From a virus: a DNA stretch of 64,000 nucleotides. The translations under genes were made by a program, and so were the position numbers. The notes under the pieces were generated by a model, which worked only from the letters and a program-made list of their open reading frames with translations, was not told where the DNA came from and made no database searches. Positions 17,267 to 27,101 of the stretch are shown here, in pieces; position 1 is the stretch's first letter; each line of letters starts with the position of its first letter. The stretch lies in the IMG/VR virus record IMGVR_UViG_3300032251_000001, positions 32,001 to 96,000 of that record. One strand, 5' to 3'.

Positions 17267-17269
17267 AGT

Positions 17270-17295
17270 ATGGAAGACTTCGGTCTTCCATCTTT
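17270..17295 (+). terminator. intrinsic terminator
   Basis: TGGAAGAC-TTCG-GTCTTCCA followed by TCTTTT. Confidence 0.75.
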
Positions 17296-17310
17296 TAATT
17301 TGGATGGAGG

Positions 17311-17505
17311 ATGAAGATGTTAGATAATGAAAAGTTACTTAGAAAGATTGAAGAATACTTATTAAATGTTGAGAAACTAGATTGGACTTTTGCACTATGT
17401 TCAAGTACTGAATGTAAACTTGATTATATGAAAGACCAATGCCCTGAAGAATATGAAAGGATGGTTGAGGTTATCAATGAGGAAAATAAACTTACCAAAG
17501 TTTAA
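17311..17505 (+). CDS. hypothetical protein
   Basis: SD GGAGG. Confidence 0.55.
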   Translation: MKMLDNEKLLRKIEEYLLNVEKLDWTFALCSSTECKLDYMKDQCPEEYERMVEVINEENKLTKV

Positions 17506-18205
17506 GAACGATACTGTATTTACAATGGGTCAATTACTTCAAAACCCTACTGGAAAAGGCTCATCAAATATGGCTTCAAGAGCAAGAATTATAGAAACTT
17601 TAGAACACAAGTATTATATGTTGCTTCGAAAGAATAATTCCTTTGATTATAAGGTTTACTCTGAAGAAGAGAACTATATCTTTGTATTCAAAATACCATC
17701 AGAGAGTAATAGTGAATTATTTTATGATGTAGTAATTGAATTAAAACCATTAACTGATGATGCTAAAAATGGTAGAAATGTAACTGACTACAATATTTCA
17801 GTATTTAGTAATTCACCTCATTTTACATTTACATATACTTATGTAATGAATGATAACGGATTATTAGTTGATTGGTGTAAATCTAAGTGTCATGATATGG
17901 CATTGACTGTTAAACCAAATACTAAGAACCCAGTAGAACAATATGGTTTCGAAAAGAGTATTTATTACGCTTGCTTGTTTATACGAGAAAATAAACTATA
18001 CAGTAAAGCTACTCTTAAGAAAATAGCAAGTAAATTCCATAAAGCTAAAGTGCTTAAGGATATAGCTTCAGATACTGCTAAAAAGAAAGAATATGATTCA
18101 CTAAAGAAATCTAGCAAGAAGAAAGGGTCTTCAAAGAAAAAACCTATTAAAGAAACAAAACCAAGACGAAGACCTAATTTTAAGAATATCCCTACTGAAA
18201 AGTAG
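17477..18205 (+). CDS. unknown jumbo-phage-type protein with basic C-terminal tail
   Basis: Start moved to ATG 17477; KIPSE...YDVV, FSNSPHFTFTY, GFEKSIYY; Lys/Arg-rich tail. Confidence 0.55.
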   Translation: MRKINLPKFKNDTVFTMGQLLQNPTGKGSSNMASRARIIETLEHKYYMLLRKNNSFDYKVYSEEENYIFVFKIPSESNSELFYDVVIELKPLTDDAKNGRNVTDYNISVFSNSPHFTFTYTYVMNDNGLLVDWCKSKCHDMALTVKPNTKNPVEQYGFEKSIYYACLFIRENKLYSKATLKKIASKFHKAKVLKDIASDTAKKKEYDSLKKSSKKKGSSKKKPIKETKPRRRPNFKNIPTEK

Positions 18206-18363
18206 GGGTGTTTTTTATCCCATTTTTTAAATATATATTATGATAGTGAACTTTAATTTTATAACTATCTAAGGAGGGCTTAATGGATACAGTAGTAGGA
18301 GATTAATTAGGCATTATCAAAAACGACAACTATATATTTAAAAAACAAGGAGGAACTAAATTT

Positions 18364-20568
18364 ATGAACAGTACTTTATACAAGAGCAGAGTATTAATTG
18401 GTAACAAGGAGCATGTTGTAGTAAATGTTAATTACAAGCAAGAAGAACAAATGAAAGAAACAACGGTGGATAGATTACATCATATTCACATGTTAGACCG
18501 TTCATGGTCAATGAGTAGAGATATTGATAAACTTATTGATAACGTTCAAGAGACATTTGATATGATGGCTGATAATGATATCATTTCAGTAATTTGGTTC
18601 TCTGGTGCTGACGAATGTAAAACATTACTTAAAGGTGCATCAAAGTCTATGGCAGAAGATGTTAAAACTTTATTAGACACTATTAGAAGTTGTGTTGGAA
18701 TTACTTGTTTCTCAGAGCCACTTAAAGAAGCATCTACAATCGTTGACGAGCTATCAATGATGTGTTCAAACTTCAGTGTTACATTATTTACTGATGGTTG
18801 TGCTGTAGTACCTTGGTCTTACGAAGAAGAGAAAAGAAGAATTGTTGAGCAATTAGATATTCTTAGTGACAAGGTAATGGCAGTAAATACTATCGGATAT
18901 GGCTACTACTATGATGAAGAATTACTAAAAATGATTGCTGATAGCAGTATGTTTGGTAAATTCATTCACTCTAATAAGATTGCTGATTATACTGAAATCT
19001 TCAGTCATAACTATGAGATACTATCTGATATGGTATCTGAATGTGTTGAAATTGGAACTCAACTTAATGATGTTCTTTACTTAACACCTAACAACACTAC
19101 TCTTAAGAATGGTGACGTTCAGTTAAGATTCTTAAACAAAACTAAGAATCAGTTCTTTATTATTTGTGATTCAGAGTTTGTATTCTCAATTAATGGAGAG
19201 TCAGTTAGCTCAGAAACAATCACTAAGAAAATTCCTAAAGCATCATTAAGAAACTTCTACTATGCTTATGCTTATGAAAAGTATTATGCTGGTGAAAGTG
19301 ATGTTGCATTAGATTGTTTAATTCAAACAGGAGATAAAGGTCTTATTGATAGACTACTAAATGCTTTCACATCAGATGAGAGAGCAGATTACCAAAAGTC
19401 TCTTAGAGAAGCAGTATTCAAGAATAGAAGAAGATATAAAGATGGTGAAGTGGATGCTTCTTACGTTCCAGCTAAGGATGCATTCTGTATCATGGATTTA
19501 TTCAGAATCCTTTCAACAGGTGAAAACTTCTATGTTCCAAATGAATCTAACTATAAAAGAGTTGGATTAAAAGTTGATGATAAGTTTAACTTATTCACTG
19601 CAACTAAAGACCAAGTTATTGAAGCACCTCTTGATGATTTAGTATTTAATACTAAGCATTTGAACTTATCTATTAGAATGATGATTAATGGTACAGTTCA
19701 ACTTAATCCAAGAGAAGCTAAGAAAGTAGATTTACCATTGAATGTTCCAGCTAGAAGTTACAAAACTCATACAATCATCAATGATGGAAATCTTAATGTT
19801 GAGAAACTTACAGTTAGAGTTGATGATGAAACTCAACAAAAACTATTAGGTCTTAAGACTCTTCCAGAAGATTTATACATTACAACTCTTGAGAACGGAA
19901 ATGTTTATTTAGAGTTTGATTTAAAGAAACTTCCTTTAATCAATAGAATGTATGCTGAAATTGATGATGTTGAAGACGTTTTAAGAATGTCAACAAGAAT
20001 TGAAACACTTAAGGCTAAGCAAAAAGTTCTTAGATATTATGAAAGTGATATTAAAGCTCATTCAGCTGCTGCAAACAAAACAGGTGAATTTAAGTCTTAT
20101 AATAAAGACCAAATCAATGTTCTTAAAGACCACGGAATCAACTACAAAGGAGATTACCAAGGTGGAAGTAGACAAGTAGCTGATAGAGTTCAAGAAGATT
20201 TCTATGAAGTAAGATTGTTAGAATTCACTCTTAAAGGATGGTCAGCTCTTCCTAAAGTTGATGATGTACTTTCTAAGAAGAAAAAGAATGCTCCAGCAAT
20301 GGCAATGCTTACTGAATGTAATACTCTTATGGATGGAGACCTAATCAAAGCTAATAAAGCTAATAGTCTTGCAATTGATAAGAGACTTTCTGAAACGAAA
20401 GATGAATTAAAGAAACTTAGAATGGACTTAGACATTGTTAAAATGGCTAAAGTTCTTACTGGTGGCTGGTGGAAAGGTCTTGAAGTAGATACTAAAGGAA
20501 ACTTTACTTATACTGATGGTATTAATACACTAGTTATTAAAAGTGATAGAATTAAGAAATTCTATTAA
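18364..20568 (+). CDS. von Willebrand factor A (MIDAS) domain protein, 734 aa
   Basis: MLDRSWSM (DxSxS), GITCF, LFTDG, NTIGYG; long unknown C-terminal region. Confidence 0.85.
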   Translation: MNSTLYKSRVLIGNKEHVVVNVNYKQEEQMKETTVDRLHHIHMLDRSWSMSRDIDKLIDNVQETFDMMADNDIISVIWFSGADECKTLLKGASKSMAEDVKTLLDTIRSCVGITCFSEPLKEASTIVDELSMMCSNFSVTLFTDGCAVVPWSYEEEKRRIVEQLDILSDKVMAVNTIGYGYYYDEELLKMIADSSMFGKFIHSNKIADYTEIFSHNYEILSDMVSECVEIGTQLNDVLYLTPNNTTLKNGDVQLRFLNKTKNQFFIICDSEFVFSINGESVSSETITKKIPKASLRNFYYAYAYEKYYAGESDVALDCLIQTGDKGLIDRLLNAFTSDERADYQKSLREAVFKNRRRYKDGEVDASYVPAKDAFCIMDLFRILSTGENFYVPNESNYKRVGLKVDDKFNLFTATKDQVIEAPLDDLVFNTKHLNLSIRMMINGTVQLNPREAKKVDLPLNVPARSYKTHTIINDGNLNVEKLTVRVDDETQQKLLGLKTLPEDLYITTLENGNVYLEFDLKKLPLINRMYAEIDDVEDVLRMSTRIETLKAKQKVLRYYESDIKAHSAAANKTGEFKSYNKDQINVLKDHGINYKGDYQGGSRQVADRVQEDFYEVRLLEFTLKGWSALPKVDDVLSKKKKNAPAMAMLTECNTLMDGDLIKANKANSLAIDKRLSETKDELKKLRMDLDIVKMAKVLTGGWWKGLEVDTKGNFTYTDGINTLVIKSDRIKKFY

Positions 20569-20861
20569 TGTCGTCTTATCCATTAAGACATTCTGTAGAG
20601 GAGATGAAGGAGATGATTACAGACCATCCTCCTTCGACTTTTGCAGGAAGTAGAGAGCAATGGAGAGTTTATCAAATGGATATATTCACCACACAAGAAC
20701 TTGTAAGACTATTTGATAGTGTTACTGAAGATGACAATCCTTTCATATTTATATCCCTTATGAGATATAGAAAGACATGTAAGGAACTTTTAGAATTATT
20801 TGAAAGTGGTGAACATAATAACCTTTACATTAAACGAAAGTATATTGAATGTAGTCTTTAA
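20568..20861 (+). CDS. hypothetical protein
   Basis: TAATG translational coupling. Confidence 0.55.
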   Translation: MSSYPLRHSVEEMKEMITDHPPSTFAGSREQWRVYQMDIFTTQELVRLFDSVTEDDNPFIFISLMRYRKTCKELLELFESGEHNNLYIKRKYIECSL

Positions 20862-20866
20862 GGGAG

Positions 20867-21322
20867 GTGAAGGTTATTAATAATAATAACTATTTAGGAA
20901 TAAGTCACTCTCAATTATGTGACTTGGAAAATGATGTATTGAATGGAGTACTTCCAATCAAAAGTATGTTTGAATTACTTAAAGAAACAATAAACAATGT
21001 TGAATCTATTCAAGACAACATGATAGAAATAAACAATAGAGTGTCTATGAACGAAGCAAATATATTTGAAGTTCAAAGAAGTGTTATAGAACGTGTTATA
21101 TATGACCATGTAATGACATGTATAAGTAAAAGTGAAGAATTAGAAGTACTTGAAGAATTTTTAAATGAAATAAATGATATAGTTAGTGCAACTATTATTA
21201 TGCAACCATATGTATTTAATTTAGAAAGTGTGGAAAAATTAATACATGATGGTAGATGTAGTGACCTACTCAAGAAATTATATCTTGAAGTAGAACTTAA
21301 AAAAGTAACAAAAGGAGACTAG
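20867..21322 (+). CDS. hypothetical protein
   Basis: ORF in operon; start uncertain. Confidence 0.55.
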   Translation: MKVINNNNYLGISHSQLCDLENDVLNGVLPIKSMFELLKETINNVESIQDNMIEINNRVSMNEANIFEVQRSVIERVIYDHVMTCISKSEELEVLEEFLNEINDIVSATIIMQPYVFNLESVEKLIHDGRCSDLLKKLYLEVELKKVTKGD

Positions 21323-21323
21323 T

Positions 21324-21479
21324 ATGACAGAAAGTGAAGTCCGAAAAGAAAAAATAACACTTCTTAAAGCAATGGAAGATTGTTGCCAAAGAATGCTTTC
21401 AAATCCAGAGGATTCAAATTATGTCAAGATGCAATCTGATAAACTTGATGAGTACTTTAATAAGTTTAAAAGTCTATAG
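21324..21479 (+). CDS. small protein, weakly Spo0E-like (51 aa), absent from the ORF track
   Basis: SD AAAGGAG; MTESEVRKEKITLLKAMEDCCQRMLSNPEDSNYVKMQSDKLDEYFNKFKSL. Confidence 0.5.
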   Translation: MTESEVRKEKITLLKAMEDCCQRMLSNPEDSNYVKMQSDKLDEYFNKFKSL

Positions 21480-21563
21480 TCATTTAAATTAAACAAAAAA
21501 AGTTAGACCTAACACAATATTAGGTCTAACTATTATTTTTTTCTTTAAACATATATAATATAA

Positions 21564-23069
21564 ATGACAAAAATAGAGAAAGGGTGTTGCAAATTGGCGT
21601 TAAAGACTATGACAAGCTGTAGAAACGGTGGTAAAGAAATATTTATTGACTTCGAAGAAATTTTTCAACGTGAAGTAGAGGATAAAGATTTATGTACATT
21701 CTCACTATCGAAGAGACGTACTTATGTAAATATAAGTAGTTCAATAAATACAACATTAAATGAGATATTCACCTCATGTAAAGATGAAATCGCAATCCCA
21801 TATCTGTCAATCAAGTATAAGATGTTAGATAGTTCAATTGAATTTGATGAGGAAGATATTATTAATGATATCTTCACAGACCTACTTAATCAAACAGTGT
21901 TGAATGAAATTGACAACTATGTAGAAACTAACTATTCAGTTAATCTTGATGGTGACAGTAATCGTTCCAAGACAGTAAATGAAGAGCTTCAGTTTACTGA
22001 TGAACATGCAAAGATTATATTAAAAGCTTCGAGAGCTATGAAACTTTTAATACCAGTAATGTCTGATTTTGTTGATATAACTGGTAACAGTAAGAGTGAT
22101 AACTTCTTCTTAGACGTATTCACTAGACTATTTGATTTATTCATTGATAGGGAGATTAATATAACTAACAAGTTGTATAAGTTAATTGATTCAAGAATAG
22201 TTCAAACGCAATACAGTGATAAAGTAATGTGGTCGTACCTTAAAAATATGGCTATTGATACTCACATATTGACTAGAAACTTTTATAAGAAAGTTATAGT
22301 TAATATATTACCAAAGCTTGAGCCTGATAAAAGTATTGTAAGTTATTTACATGCAGTAATAAAGAACTTTATTACTTATCAGTTTAGAGTTAATTACAAA
22401 TTATCTTTTAAACCTATGAATTTAAATCAAACAGATAGTGAAGGTCTTACAGACTTTGATAAACTTGAAGTTAATATGATTCGTATTGATGAAGGTAAAT
22501 CAATCATTAATAAACTATCAATAACTACTCAAATTAGAAATCTAATAGATGTCTTTGAGATGGAATTATCTCAAGATGAAATAGATTATTATAAGGAGTT
22601 TGTACACATTAATAAAGTACAGACAAACTTGTTATTCTTATTCTTTGCAAGATATATGGGTAGTTACAACACAATTTATGGTTGTTCACATGATGAGTAT
22701 ATAGTATTACTTATTATGATGAGAAAGTGGTTGATTGAGAACAACTTCCCTGTACTGGCTGAATATCTAACTGCCATACCAGAGAAATTGAATGAAAAGA
22801 AATCTATCAATAAAAATAAGTTCTTGAAGAGACTTATGGAAAGTAAGAAATATAAATACTTGTATGAAGGTAAATATAAGTTTATTCTTAGTAATCTTGT
22901 TGATAGTGGTGTAATAATTAAAACAATCTCTAATCTGAAATCTAATAAGTTCCATTGCTTACCAACCTATGAAGAATCTATAGATATGGAAGTAGTTGAA
23001 CTACATGAAATAGAAAAGAAGATAGAAGAGATATCTGATGAAGTATTAAGTTTAATAGAATTAATCTAG
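21564..23069 (+). CDS. probable promoter-specificity (sigma-like) subunit of non-virion RNA polymerase (AR9 gp226/phiKZ gp68-like)
   Basis: ~500 aa helical protein; QFTDEHAKIILKASRAMKLLIP and NKLYKLI segments recall that family; near chaperonin and primase; start may be TTG 21594. Confidence 0.5.
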   Translation: MTKIEKGCCKLALKTMTSCRNGGKEIFIDFEEIFQREVEDKDLCTFSLSKRRTYVNISSSINTTLNEIFTSCKDEIAIPYLSIKYKMLDSSIEFDEEDIINDIFTDLLNQTVLNEIDNYVETNYSVNLDGDSNRSKTVNEELQFTDEHAKIILKASRAMKLLIPVMSDFVDITGNSKSDNFFLDVFTRLFDLFIDREINITNKLYKLIDSRIVQTQYSDKVMWSYLKNMAIDTHILTRNFYKKVIVNILPKLEPDKSIVSYLHAVIKNFITYQFRVNYKLSFKPMNLNQTDSEGLTDFDKLEVNMIRIDEGKSIINKLSITTQIRNLIDVFEMELSQDEIDYYKEFVHINKVQTNLLFLFFARYMGSYNTIYGCSHDEYIVLLIMMRKWLIENNFPVLAEYLTAIPEKLNEKKSINKNKFLKRLMESKKYKYLYEGKYKFILSNLVDSGVIIKTISNLKSNKFHCLPTYEESIDMEVVELHEIEKKIEEISDEVLSLIELI

Positions 23070-23109
23070 GAGTTTTTCTCCTAGATTTTCTTTTTTAAGG
23101 AGGAATTCA

Positions 23110-23703
23110 ATGCCAAAAATAGGTAAACGAAAAGTAACAGATGAACCTGTTAAAAAGAATGAAACTAGAAGCTTTGAAGACCAATTAGACCAAGGAAAAG
23201 AATTTGAGGAGAAACTTCTTGATATATTTAAGAAAACTTTTAAAACAGTTCAAACAGCTGATGACATCCATATGTGTAAGTTCCCAAGAAAGCTTAAAAT
23301 TAAAATTGGAGACTACGAATTTTATAAGAGTACACCTGACTTAATTATTAATGATAATGGGGAAGGAGTGTTTGTAGAGTTAAAGTCTTTCAATAGTGAA
23401 TTACTAAATGATAAGTATAAAGGTAATAGTAAAGCTATAGCCTTGAGGGAAGACCAATTAGAAGAGTATTATACTATACAGCGAAGTACAGGTTTAAATG
23501 TGTGCTTAGTAGTTATAGTAATGCAGCCTAAAATAACATTATATGGTATAACTATAGAAGATTTTCTTGAACATCATTATGAAGAATACTATTCAAACAA
23601 AAATCACAAAATTTACTTTAAAACTTTAGAGAAACATTTTATTGAATTGAAGAAAGAAAGTGAGATGGTAGATTGGATAATTCAACACTTACAAAGCAGT
23701 TAA
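23110..23703 (+). CDS. Holliday junction resolvase-like PD-(D/E)XK nuclease
   Basis: GKEFEEKL, TPDLII, FVELKS, LREDQLE. Confidence 0.7.
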   Translation: MPKIGKRKVTDEPVKKNETRSFEDQLDQGKEFEEKLLDIFKKTFKTVQTADDIHMCKFPRKLKIKIGDYEFYKSTPDLIINDNGEGVFVELKSFNSELLNDKYKGNSKAIALREDQLEEYYTIQRSTGLNVCLVVIVMQPKITLYGITIEDFLEHHYEEYYSNKNHKIYFKTLEKHFIELKKESEMVDWIIQHLQSS

Positions 23704-24707
23704 CAACAGAAATAGAAACTCATATATATCCTTATTACTATAACACTGCAAAGACTGAAATTAGTATAAGATGTCCTTATTGTGGTGATAGTTTAAAGAG
23801 TAGTAAGTCAGCTCATTTATATATTGAACTTCGAAATGAAGACATGCATAGGTGGTATTGTCAAAGATGTAGTGAAGGTGGGATAGTTACACCTAACTTT
23901 TTAAAGGATATTAAGATACACAACAGTGATTTAACATTGAACTTCTTTACACAAAACTCTAAGATTAAATATACTAAGGGTAAGAAGAAAAGTATGACAA
24001 TGTTTGCAAAAAAAGAATTAACATTTCCACAATTGAAATCGACTGATAAAGTCGTAAAACATTTATTATATCTGAATGATAGAATAGGAGTTCCTATAAG
24101 TGAAAAGGAAGCTAGGGAGAAGTATCGAGTAATACTAAGTTTCAAGGATTTTATTTTACACAATGATATTTCTACTTTTACAGTTGACAAGAAAATGTTG
24201 AGACTTATCGATAGACATTGTATAGGATTTTTATCTTATGACCAGTCACATATTGTGTTCAGAAGTCTTGACCCTAAGAAAACTTATTTTAGATATCACA
24301 TTTATAATGTATTCGGAAACTATAATGATACAAAGAGATTCTACTCAATCAATTCAGATATTGATGTGCTTAAATTGAAACTTAATGTAGTTATAGCTGA
24401 AGGTACATTTGATATTATAGGTGTATATGAACATTTCTACAAAGGTACTGAACTAGATAATCACTTATTCCTGTCAGTTAATGGTAAAGGATATAATCTA
24501 ATATTTCTACATTTAGCAAGATTAGGATTTTTAGATATGAATATAGAAATATATTCTGATAAGGATGTTAATTTAAATTTCTATAAGAATATGAAAAAAT
24601 ATAGTGATATACTAAAGAACATGAAAGTTAAAATTTACTACAATAAAATAGGTAAAGACTATGGTGTTACTAGAGAAGAGATAGATTTAAAATATTCAAT
24701 TATCTAG
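23673..24707 (+). CDS. DNA primase (zinc finger + TOPRIM)
   Basis: RCPYCGDS...HLY...YCQRC; IAEGTFDIIG; IYSDKD. Confidence 0.85.
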   Translation: MDNSTLTKQLTTEIETHIYPYYYNTAKTEISIRCPYCGDSLKSSKSAHLYIELRNEDMHRWYCQRCSEGGIVTPNFLKDIKIHNSDLTLNFFTQNSKIKYTKGKKKSMTMFAKKELTFPQLKSTDKVVKHLLYLNDRIGVPISEKEAREKYRVILSFKDFILHNDISTFTVDKKMLRLIDRHCIGFLSYDQSHIVFRSLDPKKTYFRYHIYNVFGNYNDTKRFYSINSDIDVLKLKLNVVIAEGTFDIIGVYEHFYKGTELDNHLFLSVNGKGYNLIFLHLARLGFLDMNIEIYSDKDVNLNFYKNMKKYSDILKNMKVKIYYNKIGKDYGVTREEIDLKYSII

Positions 24708-24743
24708 TAAGACCTTTGGTCTTTTTTTTTTTTAGGAGGATAT

Positions 24744-25238
24744 ATGACTACTATACTTGAGTTTATATTTGTGGAACATACAAATGAACTGATATACTTA
24801 TTACTAGTTGCATTTATGTCACTAGTATATACTAAAAGATTTAAAAATAAAACTTTAAAGATGATGAAGAACAATCAATCAACTTTAATTGCTAACAACA
24901 CTAAGCTTAATTTTGATAAAGATATTGAATTCTTATTGTATCTAATATCATACAAGTGTGAACATACAAAAAAATTTATGCTTGATGCAAAAAATGTTAC
25001 TAGTACTTCAATACTTAATGATGGTGACTTATCTAATAATGTAGATTTAGTTGTTATTAATGTAACCAAAATGATTAACAATAACTATAGAATTATATTA
25101 TATAGATATTTTACCCCAGAAGGACTAGTTGAATTTATAACTGAAAACGTACTATATACTTTAACATCAGATATTGTTAAATTAAATCATCATAAAATAT
25201 CTAAACTTCATACTACAGTAAAGACCGAAAAAAAATAA
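24744..25238 (+). CDS. hypothetical membrane-anchored protein
   Basis: N-terminal hydrophobic segment LIYLLLVAFMSLVY then basic residues. Confidence 0.55.
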   Translation: MTTILEFIFVEHTNELIYLLLVAFMSLVYTKRFKNKTLKMMKNNQSTLIANNTKLNFDKDIEFLLYLISYKCEHTKKFMLDAKNVTSTSILNDGDLSNNVDLVVINVTKMINNNYRIILYRYFTPEGLVEFITENVLYTLTSDIVKLNHHKISKLHTTVKTEKK

Positions 25239-25275
25239 GAATAGCTAACCCATATAACGTGGGTTAGCTTTTTAT

Positions 25276-26199
25276 TTATGCTTTGAAAGAATTGATAATG
25301 TCATTAATAATAACTTTAATCTCATCTTCAGTCTTACCTTCTTTAATAGCTTTGTTCTTAGCTTTGGTAATCTTTGTTTTTTGAGCTTTTGTGAAAGCAT
25401 CAGCCATGTCAGTATTAGGTGTTTCTTTAACATCAGTAGACTCACCATCAAAAGATTCAGTTTTTTTACTTAATTCTTCTTTTAAAAATTCTTCAATGAA
25501 TGGTTTAACAATACTTAATTCACCAAAGTCTACAGATGCTAACTGTTCAAGTGAATTGAACATACCAGATTCTTTAAGTGGTAAAAGAACATTGTTTAAG
25601 ATTGATGTTAGAGCAGGTTTAACGAATTCAAGTTCACCAAAGTTCTTAGAATTGATTTCATTGATAATTTCATCAAGTAAATCTTCTTTAGATTCTTGCT
25701 CTTCTTGTTCTTCTTTTTCTAAACCTAAGTATTGATTGATTGCTTTGACAACATTTTTATTTGCCCAATCAATATCTTCTTTAGAGAAGTTCTTTCCATA
25801 AAGTTCCATCATCTCATTGTAAGTACAATGTTTAGCAACTAATGCAACTAAAAACCTACTGTCTGTGAAAGTACGACTTTTAATTACTTCAACAAATTGT
25901 TCTTCACTTAGAATACCAACTGGTCTTTTTGATACTTCCCTAACACTTTCATTTTCTAGAATGAGTGTTGAAACTACTTTTTTATTAGGAACAAACTTAA
26001 TGAACTTTTCTGATGTTGGGACTGAAGAAGTTCTTTCTAAATCTTTTGAACTGATAGTCTTATGCATCTTGTTTCCTAATACTCTTGAACATTTTCCCAT
26101 ACCTGTAAAGCTGTTGTACCCGATAATTTCATGAATTCCGTTTAACATAATATTGTCCTCCTTAAGAACTGTTAGTTTACAATGAACGATATTGTCCAT
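25276..26199 (-). CDS. hypothetical protein (307 aa), early-type promoter
   Basis: Long ORF; ATATATTATA-ATCT-TGA at 26234-26218. Confidence 0.65.
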   Translation of the reverse strand: MDNIVHCKLTVLKEDNIMLNGIHEIIGYNSFTGMGKCSRVLGNKMHKTISSKDLERTSSVPTSEKFIKFVPNKKVVSTLILENESVREVSKRPVGILSEEQFVEVIKSRTFTDSRFLVALVAKHCTYNEMMELYGKNFSKEDIDWANKNVVKAINQYLGLEKEEQEEQESKEDLLDEIINEINSKNFGELEFVKPALTSILNNVLLPLKESGMFNSLEQLASVDFGELSIVKPFIEEFLKEELSKKTESFDGESTDVKETPNTDMADAFTKAQKTKITKAKNKAIKEGKTEDEIKVIINDIINSFKA

Positions 26200-26285
26200 T
26201 GCTTTAATTTATTATTATCAAGATTATAATATATGATTAAACTATACATTATTACGTTTTTTTAGAAACAATAAATTAATATAAT

Positions 26286-26993
26286 ATGAAAGAAGGTGAG
26301 TATATGAAAATGCCAAAAGTTATTCCTTCTGACGGGAACATAGACTTTTCTATCAAAAATAAAGATATTGGTGAACTAGTTCCTAGACAGTTTGGATTTA
26401 CAGAGGTAAGTGATTCAAAAGCTTTTAACAAGTTTATTAAAGAAATTGAGAAGTTTGTAAGAGGTAGTGTTGAGTATAGAGGATATATTGGTTATCTTAA
26501 AGAAGAACTAGATATAACTACATGTACTTTTTTACCTAATGTAGATATTAGTGAAATTAAAGGAGTAGGTATTGAATTTCATCATTACCCATTTACTCTA
26601 TATGATATATGTTCGACTGTAGTTATGAAACGTGCAAATATGGGTGAACATTGCTTAAGTGCTTTTGTTATAGCTGATGAAGTTATGAAATTACATTATG
26701 AGAACAAAGTGGGATTAGTTCCGTTGTCTCAAACAGTTCATGAATTAGCACATAGTGGTGAAGTATTTATTAGTATCGATAAAGTCTTTGGTGATATTAA
26801 ATCATTCGTCCAAGAATATAAAAATGGTATTGAAGATGAATTAAAAACTCAATTAAAACATCTTATCACTTTAAGTAAAAAGACTGCTGAAGATTACAGA
26901 CCTGAAGTTCTTGAAAAGAAAGCAACATATCTAGAAATGGATAATATTGATAATGTAGTTAAAAGAAAAGTTAGAAAAATTAAGTTAGCATAG
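26286..26993 (+). CDS. HNH-like protein, paralog 1
   Basis: EFHHYPFTLYDIC ... VGLVPLSQTVHELAH; late motif AACA-ATAAAT-TA at 26267-26278. Confidence 0.55.
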   Translation: MKEGEYMKMPKVIPSDGNIDFSIKNKDIGELVPRQFGFTEVSDSKAFNKFIKEIEKFVRGSVEYRGYIGYLKEELDITTCTFLPNVDISEIKGVGIEFHHYPFTLYDICSTVVMKRANMGEHCLSAFVIADEVMKLHYENKVGLVPLSQTVHELAHSGEVFISIDKVFGDIKSFVQEYKNGIEDELKTQLKHLITLSKKTAEDYRPEVLEKKATYLEMDNIDNVVKRKVRKIKLA

Positions 26994-27101
26994 GAGTTAA
27001 TACCGAAAGGTATTAACTCTATTTCTATTTATAAATATATATTATAGTATTGAGATTAATGGTTAAAATATGTGAATAACATTATTATAGGAGGATTTAA
27101 T

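Noticed and set aside
21511-21522. AACA-CAATAT-TA as a late promoter for the sigma-like gene
   Set aside because: It sits in the loop and arm of a terminator hairpin (21501-21531); an early-type motif at 21551 explains the gene better
24744-25238. Holin call for the TM protein after primase
   Set aside because: A single TM segment, replication-operon context and no late motif; insufficient evidence
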